64,000 nucleotides of DNA, taken from positions 62,001-126,000 of the forward strand of contig NIVC01001396.1 in the NCBI GenBank assembly GCA_002269645.1. The letters are read 5' to 3'. The DNA comes from Macrostomum lignano. Its lineage: Eukaryota. Position numbers and translations under genes: made by a program. This document shows, piece after piece, positions 24,786 through 37,879 of the stretch (within the stretch, counting starts at the first letter, position 1; each line of letters starts with the position of its first letter). The notes under the pieces are model-generated. The model did not search any database, was not told the DNA's origin, and saw only the letters and a program-made list of their open reading frames with translations.

Positions 24786-27308
24786 GTTGGCGCCCCTCTA
24801 AAATAGATATCCTGCATGGCTTACTCCCTAACTACAACAGCTTCCCTGCAAATATCTTAATTCTCGTTCAAGCTCTTGTCAAGACCGAAAACAGAAATAA
24901 GACGCGGAGAAAGAAATATTAAAAGAAGAAGAAATAAATTAGCCCAGCAGAAAATTGCAGTCGAAGAGTGTACCGTATAAAATTTGCAGCTATAGTTTCA
25001 TCGTGGCTTGGCGATGTTCTACCTGAGTATCTAGCCAGGCAGCCTCTTAATAAATGAAATGAGAGAGAGAGAGAGGTGAAGCGAGAGAAGAGGAGAGAAG
25101 CAATGCTTGCTGAGGCTGTGTGCCCCCCCCCCAGCCACCATCACGCAATGCTTGAAGGGCTTCTGAGCATGAACACGCGGCAATAAAAAGCATCAACTCC
25201 GGTTCGCGTGTGTATAGGCTTTACTCGGGGTCTCTGGTCTCTCTCTCTCTCTCTCTCTCGCTTACCGAACCGAGTCCAGTTTTGCATCGCAATGGACAGA
25301 CAGGCCGAAGCACGAATCGCCTGTGCGCTTGAAGAATAATAATATAGGAGCTTTAAACATAATGCGGACATCTGAAAAATATGGACTTTGCAATAGGGAC
25401 CTTTCAAAATACGGACCTTTCAAAATACGGACCTTGCAATACGGACTTTACAATACGGACCCATCAAAATACGGACCTTTCATGGTCCGTTATTTCGACG
25501 CTCCGGACCCTCCACAATGGACCTTTCCCGGACCCTTCTTCGGACCTTTAGGAATTACAGTGTATATAGCTATTATATGCGGAATAGCTATATAGTTGCG
25601 TTTCTGAAGCCCGAAAATCTAATGAGCTCTAACTGGTCCATGTGGTCCTGCCTTGGCTTAGTCCCTTACATTAGTCTCTAGGTCTAGGAGCATTAAATAT
25701 CAATAATGGCGTATGGGTATGCATGTATAGTTAGATGAGAATGCATGCATAATGTTAGTCACCAATTCACCAATACATAAACAATTATCCATTTTTTTGC
25801 CTGAAATTGGCCAGAGATAGGAGAGGCGAGGTGAAGCGAAAAGAAAGGAGAGGAGAGGTGAAGTTTTAAAGGACCCTTCTTGACCATATAGACAACATAG
25901 TACTGCTTCAACAAAGCTTCTGCTAAAGTTTGTAGAACAATAAAATTATAAATACGAGCGTAGTTTATTGATGAGAATAGTCACGACCTTATTTAATATC
26001 TAGTTAAACAATTACAAAATCCGGGCACTCAAAAAACGTTATAAATAGAGAGTAGAAAAGGTAGAAAACACGAAAAAAATCATATTCAACAGCGATGCAA
26101 TGTATAGTTTAAAATTTAATGAATACGCTAAAAAAGCAAGCTATATGGCTTTCAACACTCAAAAATCGATACATATATAAACATGTGAATAAGTAGCGAT
26201 GAAATTTGTCATGTAATTTTTATGAACATTTGAATGCGACACGGACGGAGCGATGAGAGTTCAGTTCAGGCATACAAAAGTCGATGTTAAACAACAGCTG
26301 TGAAATAAAAAATTAACGCAAAGATTGGCTGATTCCGAAGGTCAGTTGGCCGTGGTGAAAAAAAAGCGCTGGAAAAAAACACGAACGCAAAAAACAAACT
26401 AAAATTGTACTTTAGAGTACGCAAGAATTATAAACACAAAATACACGACTAAAGGCACACAATGCAATGTAAGAATGGAAGGGTTCATTCAGCTATTTGT
26501 TTAATTGTGTTGTGTAAATTTATATACATACTCGTAGAAATGAAGACAATGAGATCGTGTGCACTAATTTATCAGGTATTCAGAGCTGTAGAACAATAGA
26601 ACAATAGAAGAAAATCGAGCAGTTAAAACACTCTCTAAAAACGTAAGCAAAATGTTTTTAGTGAAGTTTATTACGGGTAGATCGACCTTTTGAACATATT
26701 ACCGTAAAAATAGTGGATAATTTAGCAAAACACCATTTAGGCACTTAATTTAGTAAAGTTAATCATAATTTAGTTTCTCCCTAAACAGTTAACTTTGTAA
26801 AGTTTTGTATAGCTAGCAAATAATATGATTCATTTAGTTTACAGAGTTTACAAAAAATCAGGCCGTGTTTTGGTTTATGGAATAAAATAGAAAAGAAACT
26901 AAATATTCTTTGTTAAAATTCGCTTGTCAACCAGTAGCTAGCAGACAAAAAAGAGAAAACCACACACTTCAATTTAGCTTCAATGATGTTTTTAAAACAG
27001 AAAAAAACAGGTATTCTACTATCTGTAGTCAATGCACAAAGGAATACAATTTAACTACCTATAAATAGCTCCTGTGCAAACAAGTTTATACTAAAATTAT
27101 TGCTAAATGTTCATAGAAAGAATTTTAACGTTGTTGATTTTTTCCACAAGTCAACCACTATGTCCATGAGTTTGATTGGAATTCCACACAAAGCCCGTAA
27201 AGTAACTCTTTCCAAACCAGCAGGGAATATTTCGACTGTAGATTGCTTACACAAATAACCGACAGATATATCAGTTTAGGCTCTATCGATCGCCTAATAT
27301 TTACCGAA

Positions 27309-28275
27309 TCACAATTGCGACAGCATCAGAGCACCGTCGTTTGGAGCTGAATGCGAATAAAATGCCGAGTCTGGCAATGGCAGTTGTGGCTGCTGCTGTT
27401 GGTGGTAGATGAAACTGCTAGTAGGGTCAAGCTGGTAGTTCGGACCATAGAATGATTGATGCTGGAGATGCTGCTGTTGCAGCTGTCCTTCAGACTGCGC
27501 AGCAGAAGTTGCTTGTTCCAGCTGGTTCGGCACAACATATTGCTGTTGTTGTTGTTGCTGCTGCTGCAGCAGATAGTTTAACTGATTTTGATCAACATAG
27601 ATCACTTGGCTGTAGCTTGGCACTTGACAGACATATTGCTGCTGTTGTTGCTGCGGTTGCGGCTGCAGAGGCGGCAGCAGAATCTCTGACTGATCAGCTG
27701 GTGGTTGATCGTAAGCGTGAATAGTTGGTGTCAGTACCTGCTGCACCTCAGCAGTTGATTGGTCTAATTTTTTACAGTTGATTTCCGAATCCTGTAGCTT
27801 TGGGTGCTTTGCTAATTGTTGCAGATTCTGGTGATCGCCGCAGTCTTCGCCGCTGCTGTCGCTCTGCTGTTGTGTGCTGGCGGGTCGCTTCTTGCATTTC
27901 GGCTGGTATTTGTAGTCCGGATGGGCTGCTCGGTGCTCAGATTTCAACCTGCTGGCCTCGTCTCTGCATTTTGTTGGCGTTTTTTTATGTATAGTTTAAA
28001 TAGCAAAGCTCGGCAAGATAGAATTTAATGTCATCCTACCTGAAAGGCTGTTTCTCCTTGTCTGGCAGGGTGCGCCACTCCTCGCCAAGACGCCGGCTGA
28101 TGTCGGAATTGTGCAGCTTCGGGTTCTCGGCGGCAATTACTTTTCGACGCGTCTGCGCCCAGACCATGAATGGGTTCATTGGTCGTTTAATGTGCTGTTG
28201 TTGTTGTTGCTGCTGCTGCTGTTGTTCACAGCAGGATCCATCTGCGCTGGTCGGTTGGTCTGAGTCGGTGGTCAT
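27309..28275 (-). CDS. Divergent Sox-family HMG-box transcription factor with a Q-rich C-terminus, ~296 aa
   Basis: Exons 28275-28040 and 27963-27309 (76-nt intron, AG|GTAGGA...TGCAG|A). HMG box [73 protein letters not shown]. Confidence 0.9.
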
Positions 28276-29714
28276 TGTCACAGGTTGCTAATGGAAGTAA
28301 TATTAGCTGAAAAAGACAAAGACCAAGAATAAGACGTTAGTAAGACATTTTCTAAGTAAGCTTAATAAAACACTAGTGCAGTCGTTTCATGCATAAAAAT
28401 ACAGTACTGTTTTAAATTAAAAACATGTTTTCCTATACAACTATATTTTCAAAGCATTTCAGTGTTCATATACAGTAATACAGGGCTTAGTTTGTACGAG
28501 TGATTTCTATAACCAAATAAAAAATACCTCGGCTTCGTTAAGTTCATTGTTACTAGAAAAAGATTTGAGATAAGATTGTTATCAATTTATTTATACAGCT
28601 ACAGAGCGAACAGCAAAGCAAATAAATATATTAAGTTCTACGAACTACGTACAGTACAGTGAGAGCAAAAAAAACATAAAACATATAGAAAATTTATCTG
28701 CCATGGTCTAACGTATTAGGGACATGTAAAAATTACAGCTCAGGTATTGTATCGAAATCTAAAATGCTACTGAAAAAATTCTTCCTTGTTGGCTTAGGCT
28801 TACCTGAAGAAGCAAGACGCCTAGCTAACTATCACTTAGACAGTGACGATAAAATATTTTCTATTTGCAAGTTAAAGGATGATCCAGACGCCACAACGAA
28901 TTTTTATTATTAAAAAAGATAAATAAAACAGCAAAATTGCTTTTAAATCGAAAAATTAGATTTAAAATTTTATAAAAACATACCTTACGCTAGAAAAATA
29001 TTTAACTTGTTTTAACTAATTAAGCCCGGAAACAAAAACGGAATAATTGTTTGTCTTACAAATTCAGTTAATTGCACATAAGATTCCTTATTCCGCTCAG
29101 CAGACTAAATAAGCAGACAGAGCTTAAAATTTTAAATAAAACTCTAAACTTACTTCGGAAGAACGCAGCTTTTTTTAGGAAGAAGAACTTCCTAACTTCT
29201 TAACATTAGATTTTAGAAAATGTAAACGTTTTTAGAAAGATATAATTATAGGCAATCTTAGTTTGCTAACTTTTACTTTTACAAATTTAATTTTAAAGAA
29301 TAACTTTTTTAGCATGAAGTATCAGATTTCGTAAAACAAGTTTGTAATAAGTAGTTTTATTGCATCTTTTCTTTGAAACATTAAAGTACGAAATTAAAAG
29401 TTAAATGTTAATTCAATGCATTTAAATTGTTTCGTGCTGTGGCGTATGTCTTGCTTTTCGTTTAGTTAGGTCTTTAACAAACTTAACTGCCAAGACACAA
29501 TAATAAAAATATAAGTGCTGTAAGGCTGGTGTTTAGGGCTGTATTAGGCGTAACTTTTAAAAACCGTTTATTATTTTCTCAGCTTGTGATTTCAGCTTTT
29601 GGTTTCCTGTGGCTGTAGCTGTATTTTATTTTAATCCATTCGAAAGTATTTAGCACTAGGATCCTTAAACATCTAGTTTAGCGTCTGCTTTGATTTTAAC
29701 GACCTTGCTCTGAC

Positions 29715-32700
29715 ATGGGGTGCAATTTCAGCACTGTTGATAAGGCAGCAGTGGAAAGAAGCAAAGCAATTGATAGAGAAATCAAAGCAGAGGAAGAAAA
29801 CTCTGCTAAGGAAGTTAAGCTTCTTCTTCTCGGTATGTCTATTTTTTATTTTAGAACTTTTTACAATAGTCATTTCAGTAGTTTCACGTAATTTTTTTAA
29901 TTCATTTACTTGATTTACAAAGCAATTGTTACTTTTAAAATGAAATACAACATATAGACACTATGATGAAAGGCAATGGCTAGAGTTCTGGCGCCGGAAC
30001 CCATTTTCTAATGGCTACGGATCCGGCAGTGCCATTATAATATAGATGGAACATTTTATTTTTCTTTCTACAGGTGGATGATATTGAGATTTTGTTCTAG
30101 ATTAAAATTTAAGATGATATGATAAGATTTGGGACGAGATGCTTCTAATATTTAGACTTCTTAAGATATGTTCTTAGCAGTCTTTATATGCTTTTATATG
30201 GCACTGCTGGATCCCTAGCTGTTAGAAAACGGGTTCTGGTGCCGGAACTCTAGCCATTACCATGATGAAATCTTTGCATGGCCATTCTAGAACTGACAGT
30301 TGCGCATAATTTTTTGCAAAGTTTTTACCTTAGAATGTTTAAAGTTTTAAGCACTTAAATGTCATGGCTAACTTGTTATAGGCTTTTCTATATCAATTTT
30401 CTATATACTTAGATTAGAAGCAGTTTTGCAATTAGGCAATGTCTTAGTTTTCTTGTATTAAACTATTTTAACTTCAATTTGTAAATAAATGAATCAAAAC
30501 AAGTTTATTGAATCATTTAAGACATGCAAATCTTTTAATAAACTATTTAGGTAATATCATATAATAGGCCTATAGTAATAAGGCCATAGGCCTAGTTTGG
30601 AAGGGTACTGACTAATTGGCAACAAACAAATTAGGCAACAGTAATTCACAATGGACCAATTTGGTAAAAGCAAATTTGGCTACAGTCTAGGCAAATTCGG
30701 TGACAATTAATAGTAGAAAAAAATTGTGTATAATTTGGATAATTCTTTTAGTATAATGTCAATATTCTTCAATGCATATTAGCTTTCCCTTTTAATTGAG
30801 TTTGTTTTATCTATTATTTATCATTATAAGCTTTAAAAGAAGTAAATTATAAGGGCAATAGTTCATGTTCTCCAATTGAAAAGAGATAGCCTAGATGCAA
30901 ACAGACTGGACTGCTAATGTAGCGACCTAGGTTTGAATCTTAGTAATGCAAAATAATTTTTTTATCAAAAAACCCTAAAACACAAAATGCTAAACATAAA
31001 GGAAGCGCAATGTCAAACATTAAAGAGCCAACCATCTAAAACATTAAAGAACCACTGTGTCAAATATATACATGACTCAATGTCAAACATATGCGTGACT
31101 CCATGTCAGACTTTAAAGAGCCACCATGTCGAACATTAAAAAGCCACCATGTCAAACATTAAAGAGCCACCATGTCAAACAATAAAGAGCCACTATGTCA
31201 AACATAAAAGAGCCACCATGTAAAACATATACATGACTCCATGTCAAACATATACGTGACTCCATGTCATACATTAAAGAGCCACCATGTCGAACATATG
31301 CATGACTCCATGTCAAACATTAAAGAGCCACCATGTCAAGCATTAAAGAGCCACCATGTCAAACATTAAAGAACCACCATGTCAAACATAAAAGAGCCAC
31401 CATGTCAAACATATACATGAATCCATGTAAAACATATACGTAGCTCCATGTCAAACATCAAAAAGTCAACACGTCAAGCATAATAGAGCCACCATGTCAA
31501 ACATTAAAGAGCCACCATGTCAAACATTAAATAAACACTAGTGTTCCGCCGCCGCGAGTTTTGACCTCCGTAACCGTAACCGTAGCCGTAAGAAAGAAGC
31601 AACTTCCATAGCCGAATTTTGCCATCATTACGGGCTAAAAAAGTCTGTAACTGTAATTTGCCGTAACCGTAGCCGTAATGTATAACAAAAATTGATATTT
31701 TTGCATGAAAAGTAAGGCAGACAGAAAAGGACAGATAAAAAGGATAAAAGGATAGCAATAAAACCTACTTGTTGTTCGTTCATGCATTAATATTCATTTA
31801 TTTTTTCGTAAATATAATATCTTTATCGAAGTATTCTATAGCATTGTTGTATGCAATTGTGTGCTTGGTGCCTTTTTCAGTTTTCTGTGTCGTGATTCTG
31901 TTTTGTTTCGCTACAATATGAATATATGACTGACGTGCCAAGGTCAATGTGTATGTTTAATATCATTAAATAAATATATGAATTTGTTCAAATAAAACTG
32001 CTTCAAAATTTCCGATGACTAAGAAATTGCATGTTACATTTTTTCATTTTCATTTTATTGCATTGTCTATTGTATTGTCTTCTTTGGTTTCAATCAATTT
32101 TCAATCATAATTCATATTCTTATCCTATTAGTATTTATTTAGTATTTCCTTATTAATATTCTTTCATCCTTATCCTCATAATCTAAATCTAATATCCTAT
32201 TTTTATGCTAAGGAGCTAAATGCTACATATGGCTAAGAAATAAGAATGCCAGATTCTTAGTCTCTTGTAGGCTTTGACTGGCTCTCTCTGTCTCGCTGCT
32301 ATCATGCTATCGCTATGCTATGCTATGCCGTATGCCTAATGAGAAAATTCGTGAAAAAATTCATTTTTCATTTTCAAGAAGTTTCGTAGATATTTAGAAA
32401 CTTAACAAATGTAAAAAATAATAATAACTAGTAAAACAAAATGAAAACTGGTTGAAGTTGATATAAAAAAATTCTTTTATAACACTAAACAGTTAAAAAT
32501 AAATAATTTTTGTTATGGCTACCAATTACGGCAAGTCTAGAAAAATCTCCGTAATCCGTAACCGTAACCATAAGCTCAAAATATGTCCGTAACCGTAATC
32601 CGTAATGAAAATACGGCTTCAAAAGTGTCGTAGCCGTAATTTGCCGTAGCCGTAGCCGTAATTACGGCGGAACACTAATAAACACGATGTTGAACATTAA

Positions 32701-35700
32701 AGAGCCACAATGTTGAACAATAAAGAGCCAGGCCATGTTAAACATAAAAAGACCACCATGTTAAATATTAAGGAGCCACCATGCCAAACATAAGAGCCAC
32801 CATGCCAAACATAAAAGAGCCACCATGTCAAACATTAAAGAGCCACCATGTCGAACATTAAAGAGCCGCCATGGCAAACATATACATGACTCCATGTCAG
32901 ACATTAAAGAGCCACCATGTTGAACATTAAAGAGCCACCATGTCGAACATTAAAGAGCCACTATGTCAAACATTAAAGAATCACAATGTAAAACATTAAT
33001 GAGCCGGCACGTCGAACATAAAAGAGCCACCATTTCAAACATTCAAGAGCCACCATGTCAAACATTCAAGAGCCACCATGTTGAACATTAAAGAGCCACT
33101 ATGCCAAACATAAAAGAGCCACCATGTCAAACATAAAAGAGCCACCATGCCAAAAATAAAATAGCCACCATGTCGAACATTAAAGAGTCACCATATCAAA
33201 CATTAAAGAGCCACCAAGTCAAACATAAAAGAGCCACCATGTCAAACATTGAAGAGCCACCATGCCAAACATAAAAGAGCCACTATGTTGATCATAAAAG
33301 AGCCACCATGTTAAACAATAAAGAGCCACCATGTAAAACATTAAAGAGCCACCTTGTCAAACAATAAAGAGCCACCATGTCAAACATAAAAGAGCCACCA
33401 TGTCGAACAGTAAAGAGCCTACATATCAAACATAAAAGAGCCACCATGTCAAACATATACGTGACTGACTCCATGTCAAACATATAGGTGATTCCATGTC
33501 AAACATAAAAGAGACACCATGTCAAACAAAGAAGAGCCACCATGTCAAACATTAAAGAGACACCATTTCAAACATAAAAGAGACACCATTTCAAACATAA
33601 AAGAGACACCGTTTCAAACATAAAATGAAGTGTCATGCCAAACGAAATAGAGCCACTATAAAGCTAAGAAAATTGTTGCACTAGCTACTTGTTCTCTAGT
33701 GGATGCTTGCTTTTTAAGGATGGATACTTGCTATCAGGGGGATGCTTGCTATCCGAGGGATGCTTGCTATTGGGGGGATGCTTGCTATCGGAAGGATGCT
33801 TGCTACTGGGGTAACTTGCTATTGGGAGATGCTTGCTCTTTGGGGTGTGGAGGGTACTTGCTATCTGAGAGGGGGTTGCTAGATATCTATAAGGTCTCTT
33901 TGTATCCAGGTTATGCTTGCTATCTGGGGTTGCTGGCAGTCTGGGGATGCTTGCTATCTGGGCATCAATGCTTGAATGCTCTGAGGTTGCTTGCTGTCTT
34001 GGGATGTTTTATTTTTAGAGGGAATGTCTGTTGTTTTTTATGAAGGCTTTATTTTGCGGTCTATTTGTTATTTGTAAAGAACAAGGATTCTATCCAGATG
34101 TCCCCCATCGGGGGTCAAAGATTGCTAGTTTTTACTATATTTAAGCTAATACTATTGGATTTTTTTGTTTAAAAAAAAGAAATGTATATTTTAGAATTTT
34201 CAAGCTTCACAAAGTATACTTACCTTCTTTGACATAAATTATACATACATTTTGTTTAACTATGATGCTGGGTAATACTAAAGTAGCAAATAGCTAGACA
34301 TAATACTTGATGTGAGTCCTGAGATACAATGTCAATTATAATGTTCCATGATATGAAATTTCTTTAAAGTTTTTTTACTACATAGCTACTTACTTATTCT
34401 AAGCAACTTATATAAAAACAATTTAAAAAAATTTCCTCTATTATTAATTTTTATAATGAGCTATACAATTTATATAGTTTGACTTCTTACATTGTAGGCG
34501 CTGGCGAGTCAGGTAAAAGCACTTTGGTCAAACAAATGAAGTAAGTGTATATTGCATTGCATTTATTGCTTGGGATATTTTTGTATACCAGTTGTGTAGC
34601 CGAAAATTTTCAATTAGAAAAAATGATTTATAATAAAAGTTATTATTGTTATAATACTTCATCCAATTCAGAATAATCCACGAGAATGGCTACACAAACG
34701 AGGAAAGGTTTCAATACCGATCTGTTGTGTTCAGTAACACTGTCCAATCACTGCTAGCCATTGTTCGCGCTATGGGCCATCTTGGCATCGAGTTTGGCTC
34801 GGCCGCCTCTCTTGATGATGCCAGGCAGCTATTCGCTCTGAGTGGAGCTGCCGATAACGACCAGCTGCCAGTGCCGCTGTCCCAGGCTATGCGGCGTCTA
34901 TGGGCTGATCCTGGGGTGCAGGTCAGTGTCTTCCCCGATCCTTGCGTTGGGTCTGCAGTCTCCAGCCGAACCCTCCCAGATCCTCAGGCTAAACCTTCAG
35001 CCGCACCCTCCCAGATCCTCAGGCTGAACCTTCAGCCGCACCCTCCCAGATCCTCAGGCTGAACCTTCAGCCGCACCCTCCCAGATCCTCAGGCTGAACC
35101 TTCAGCCGCACCCTCCCAGATCCTCAGGCTGAACCTTCAGCCACACCCTCCCAGATCCTCAGGCTGAGCCTTCAGCCTTCAGCAACACCCTCCCAGATCC
35201 TCAGGCTGAGCCTTCAGCCTTCAGCCACACCCTCCCAGATCCTCAGGCTGAACCTTCAGCAACACCCTCCCAGATCCTCAGGCTGAGCCTTCAGCCTTCA
35301 GCAACACCCTCCCAGATCCTCAGGCTGAGCCTTCAGCCTTCAGCCACACCCTCCCAGATCCTCAGGCTGAACCTTCAGCAACACCCTCCCAGATCCTCAG
35401 GCTGAGCCTTCAGCCTTCAGCCACACCCTCCCAGATCCTCAGGCTGAACCTTCAGCAACACCCTCCCAGATCCTCAGGCTGAACTATCAGCCACACCCTC
35501 CCAGATCCTCAGGCTGAGCCTTCAGCCGCACCCTCCCAGATCCTCAGGCTGAACCTTCAGCCTTCAGCCACACCCTCCCAGATCCTCAGGCTGAGCCTTC
35601 AGCAACACCCTCCCAGATCCTCAGGCTGAGCCTTCAGCAACACCCTCCCAGATCCTCAGGCTGAGCCTTCAGCAACACCCTCCCAGATCCTCAGGCTGAG

Positions 35701-37623
35701 CCTTCAGCAACACCCTCCCAGATCCTCAGGCTGAGCCTTCAGCAACACCCTCCCAGATCCTCAGGCTGAGCCTTCAGCAACACCCTCCCAGATTCTCAGG
35801 CTGAGCCTTCAGACACACCCTCCCAGACCCTCAGACTGAACCTTCAGCCACACCCTCCCAGATCCTCAGACTGAACCTTCAGCCACACCCTCCCAGATCC
35901 TCCGACTGAACCTTCAGCCACACCCTCCCAGATCCTCAGACTGAACCTTCAGCCACACCCTCCCAGACCCTCAGAGTGAACCTTCAGCCGCACCCTCCCA
36001 GACCCTCAGGCTGAACCTTCAGCCACACCCTCCCAGATCCTCAGGCTGAGCCTTCAGCCTTCAGCCACACCCTCCCAGACCCTCAGACTGAACCTTCAGC
36101 CGCATCGCCAGCTACTGAACTTTGAATCTTTGAGCCTAAAGTTAACCGCTCGCCACCATGAATGACCGCAGGAGTGCTTCCGCCGCAGCCGCGAGTACCA
36201 GCTCAACGACAGCGCCGAATACTACCTCAATAGTTTAGATCGTCTAAGCCAGCCCGACTATGTTCCAAGCGAACAGGATGTACTTCGAACTCGAGTGAAA
36301 ACTACGGGCATTATTGAGACGCAGTTTCACTACAAAGGCCTGCACTTTCGCATGTTCGATGTTGGAGGCCAGAGATCCGAGCGTAAGAAATGGATCCACT
36401 GTTTTGAAGGAGTCACAGCCGTTATCTTCACCGTAGCCCTGTCGGAGTACGATCTCACCCTGTTTGAGGACCAGGAGCTCAACAGGATGACGGAATCGTT
36501 GAAATTGTTCGACAGCATCTGCAACAATCAGTGGTTTGTTAACACCGCTATTATCTTGTTTTTAAACAAGATGGATTTGTTCCAACAGAAGATTCAGTAT
36601 TCGCCTCTAAGGCTCTGCTTTCCGGAGTACACAGGTTAGACTTTTGATTTTATGTTTTTTCCTGAAGCTTTAGCTTGTGTTATTAGAGGTTTGTGTCCTG
36701 AGATGACCCCTGTAAAGATTCATTTAAGGCCTTGCGTATTCCGAAGCAACATTGTTATTTACTATACTAAGATGTATTGTCCTTAAATGACCCCTTGTAT
36801 TCTCCCTTTGTAGACTAATTATTAAAAGTTATAATGTCGTTTAATGACATTTTTAGGCTATTTTATAAACTTTATAACTTACGTTTTCTTATATGACCAT
36901 TTTTAGACTTTTTAAAGACTGGCTCTGATCCAAAATGACCCCCCGCAGACTTGCAGAAGGTTCCCCGTGTCCTGAGATGACCCCTATAGACTTGCAGAAG
37001 GTTCCAAGTGTCCCGAGATGACCCATGTAGACTTGCACAAAATTTTCCGTGTTCCGAGATGACCCCTGTAGACTTGCAGAAGGTTTCCCGTGTCCCGAGA
37101 TGACCCCTGTAGACTTTATAACTTACGTTTTCTTTAGATGACCCTTTTTAGACTTTTTAAAGGCTGTCTCTGATCCAAAATGACCCCCCCCGCAGACTTG
37201 CAGAAGGTTCCCCGTGTCCTGAGATGACCTTTTGTTGTCTTACAGAAGGTTTGGTGTCCCGAGATGACCCCAGTAGACTTACAGAAGGTTTGGTCCCGAG
37301 ATGACCCCTGTAGACTTACAGAAGGTTTGGTGTCCCGAGATGACCCACTCAGCGTGTCCCGAGATGACCCACTCAGCAGCTAAAGTCTCGCAGACTTAGT
37401 CTTACAACCGCCCCTGTCCGCACCAACCGAAGGTCCCAACGACTACCGTGCCGCCGGCGAGTACATCCAGCACCGATTTGAAAGCCTCAATAAGCGTCGA
37501 GATAAACGCGACGTTTATACCCACTTCACCTGCGCTACCGACACTAGCAATGTGCAATTTGTGTTTGACGCCGTCACTGACGTCATTATCAGAAACAACC
37601 TTAGAGACTGCGGCCTCGCCTGA
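29715..37623 (+). CDS. Heterotrimeric G protein alpha subunit, Gi class, 354 aa
   Basis: Exons 29715-29832 (118 nt), 34498-34540 (43 nt), 34672-34921, 36172-36634, 37433-37623; total 1065 nt. Motifs [46 protein letters not shown] and C-terminal NNLRDCGLA. Confidence 0.96.
29972..30261. mobile_element. 290-bp MITE with ~60-bp TIRs and a 9-bp TSD (Merlin- or Mutator-type)
   Basis: Left end GGCAATGGCTAGAGTTCTGGCGCCGGAACCC... matches the reverse complement of the right end, GGTAATGGCTAGAGTTCCGGCACCAGAACCC.... Flanked by a perfect ATGATGAAA direct repeat (29963-29971 and 30262-30270). Confidence 0.88.
30887..30945 (+). other. Highly degenerate tRNA-derived (SINE-head-like) remnant
   Basis: A-box-like TAGCCTAG and B-box-like GGTTTGAATCT at tRNA-like spacing; no intact cloverleaf. 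Confidence 0.25.
31000..33640 (+). repeat. ~22-23-nt minisatellite AAAGAGCCACCATGTCAAACATT, split by a hAT insertion
   Basis: Arrays at ~31000-31530 and ~32686-33640. Confidence 0.93.
31539..32677. mobile_element. Non-autonomous hAT DNA transposon, 1139 bp
   Basis: 13-bp perfect TIR TAGTGTTCCGCCG; 8-bp TSD ATAAACAC (31531-31538 and 32678-32685); subterminal CCGTA(A/G) clusters at both ends; no ORF. Confidence 0.9.
33700..34010 (+). repeat. Degenerate GGGATGCTTGCTAT tandem repeat
   Basis: About 18-nt periodicity, diverged. Confidence 0.75.
34965..36105 (+). repeat. CCCTCCCAGATCCTCAGGCTGARCCTTCAGC minisatellite (G-alpha intron 3)
   Basis: Direct tandem copies, same unit as 17585-18245. Confidence 0.96.
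36690..37370 (+). repeat. Degenerate GAGATGACCCC..TAGACTT repeat (G-alpha intron 4)
   Basis: Units of about 40 nt plus an internal larger duplication. Confidence 0.8.
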
Positions 37624-37879
37624 AGAGAATGGCGAAATAACAAATCTGCAAGAATTAATAGTTGGCTGACACCTCAAGTTCTTGAACGCGTTGTGTTTTT
37701 ATTGCTTCCTTTGTGTGCTATTAAATTTTATACTAATGAATGAGTAGCAATGCTATATGATAACTGTTATAATTATTTTTTTAATTGTAAAGTTGAACTT
37801 CCTGTCGATGACTAATTTAAACTGAAAACGTTATTTAACAGTTAAATCCAGGCACCATTGAGGATTGAAGCCTTTAACA

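Noticed and set aside
25040-25870. GA-rich duplicated flanks, AATACGGACC short repeats and an ATAGCTAT hairpin as a possible transposon
   Set aside because: No consistent TIR or TSD could be defined.
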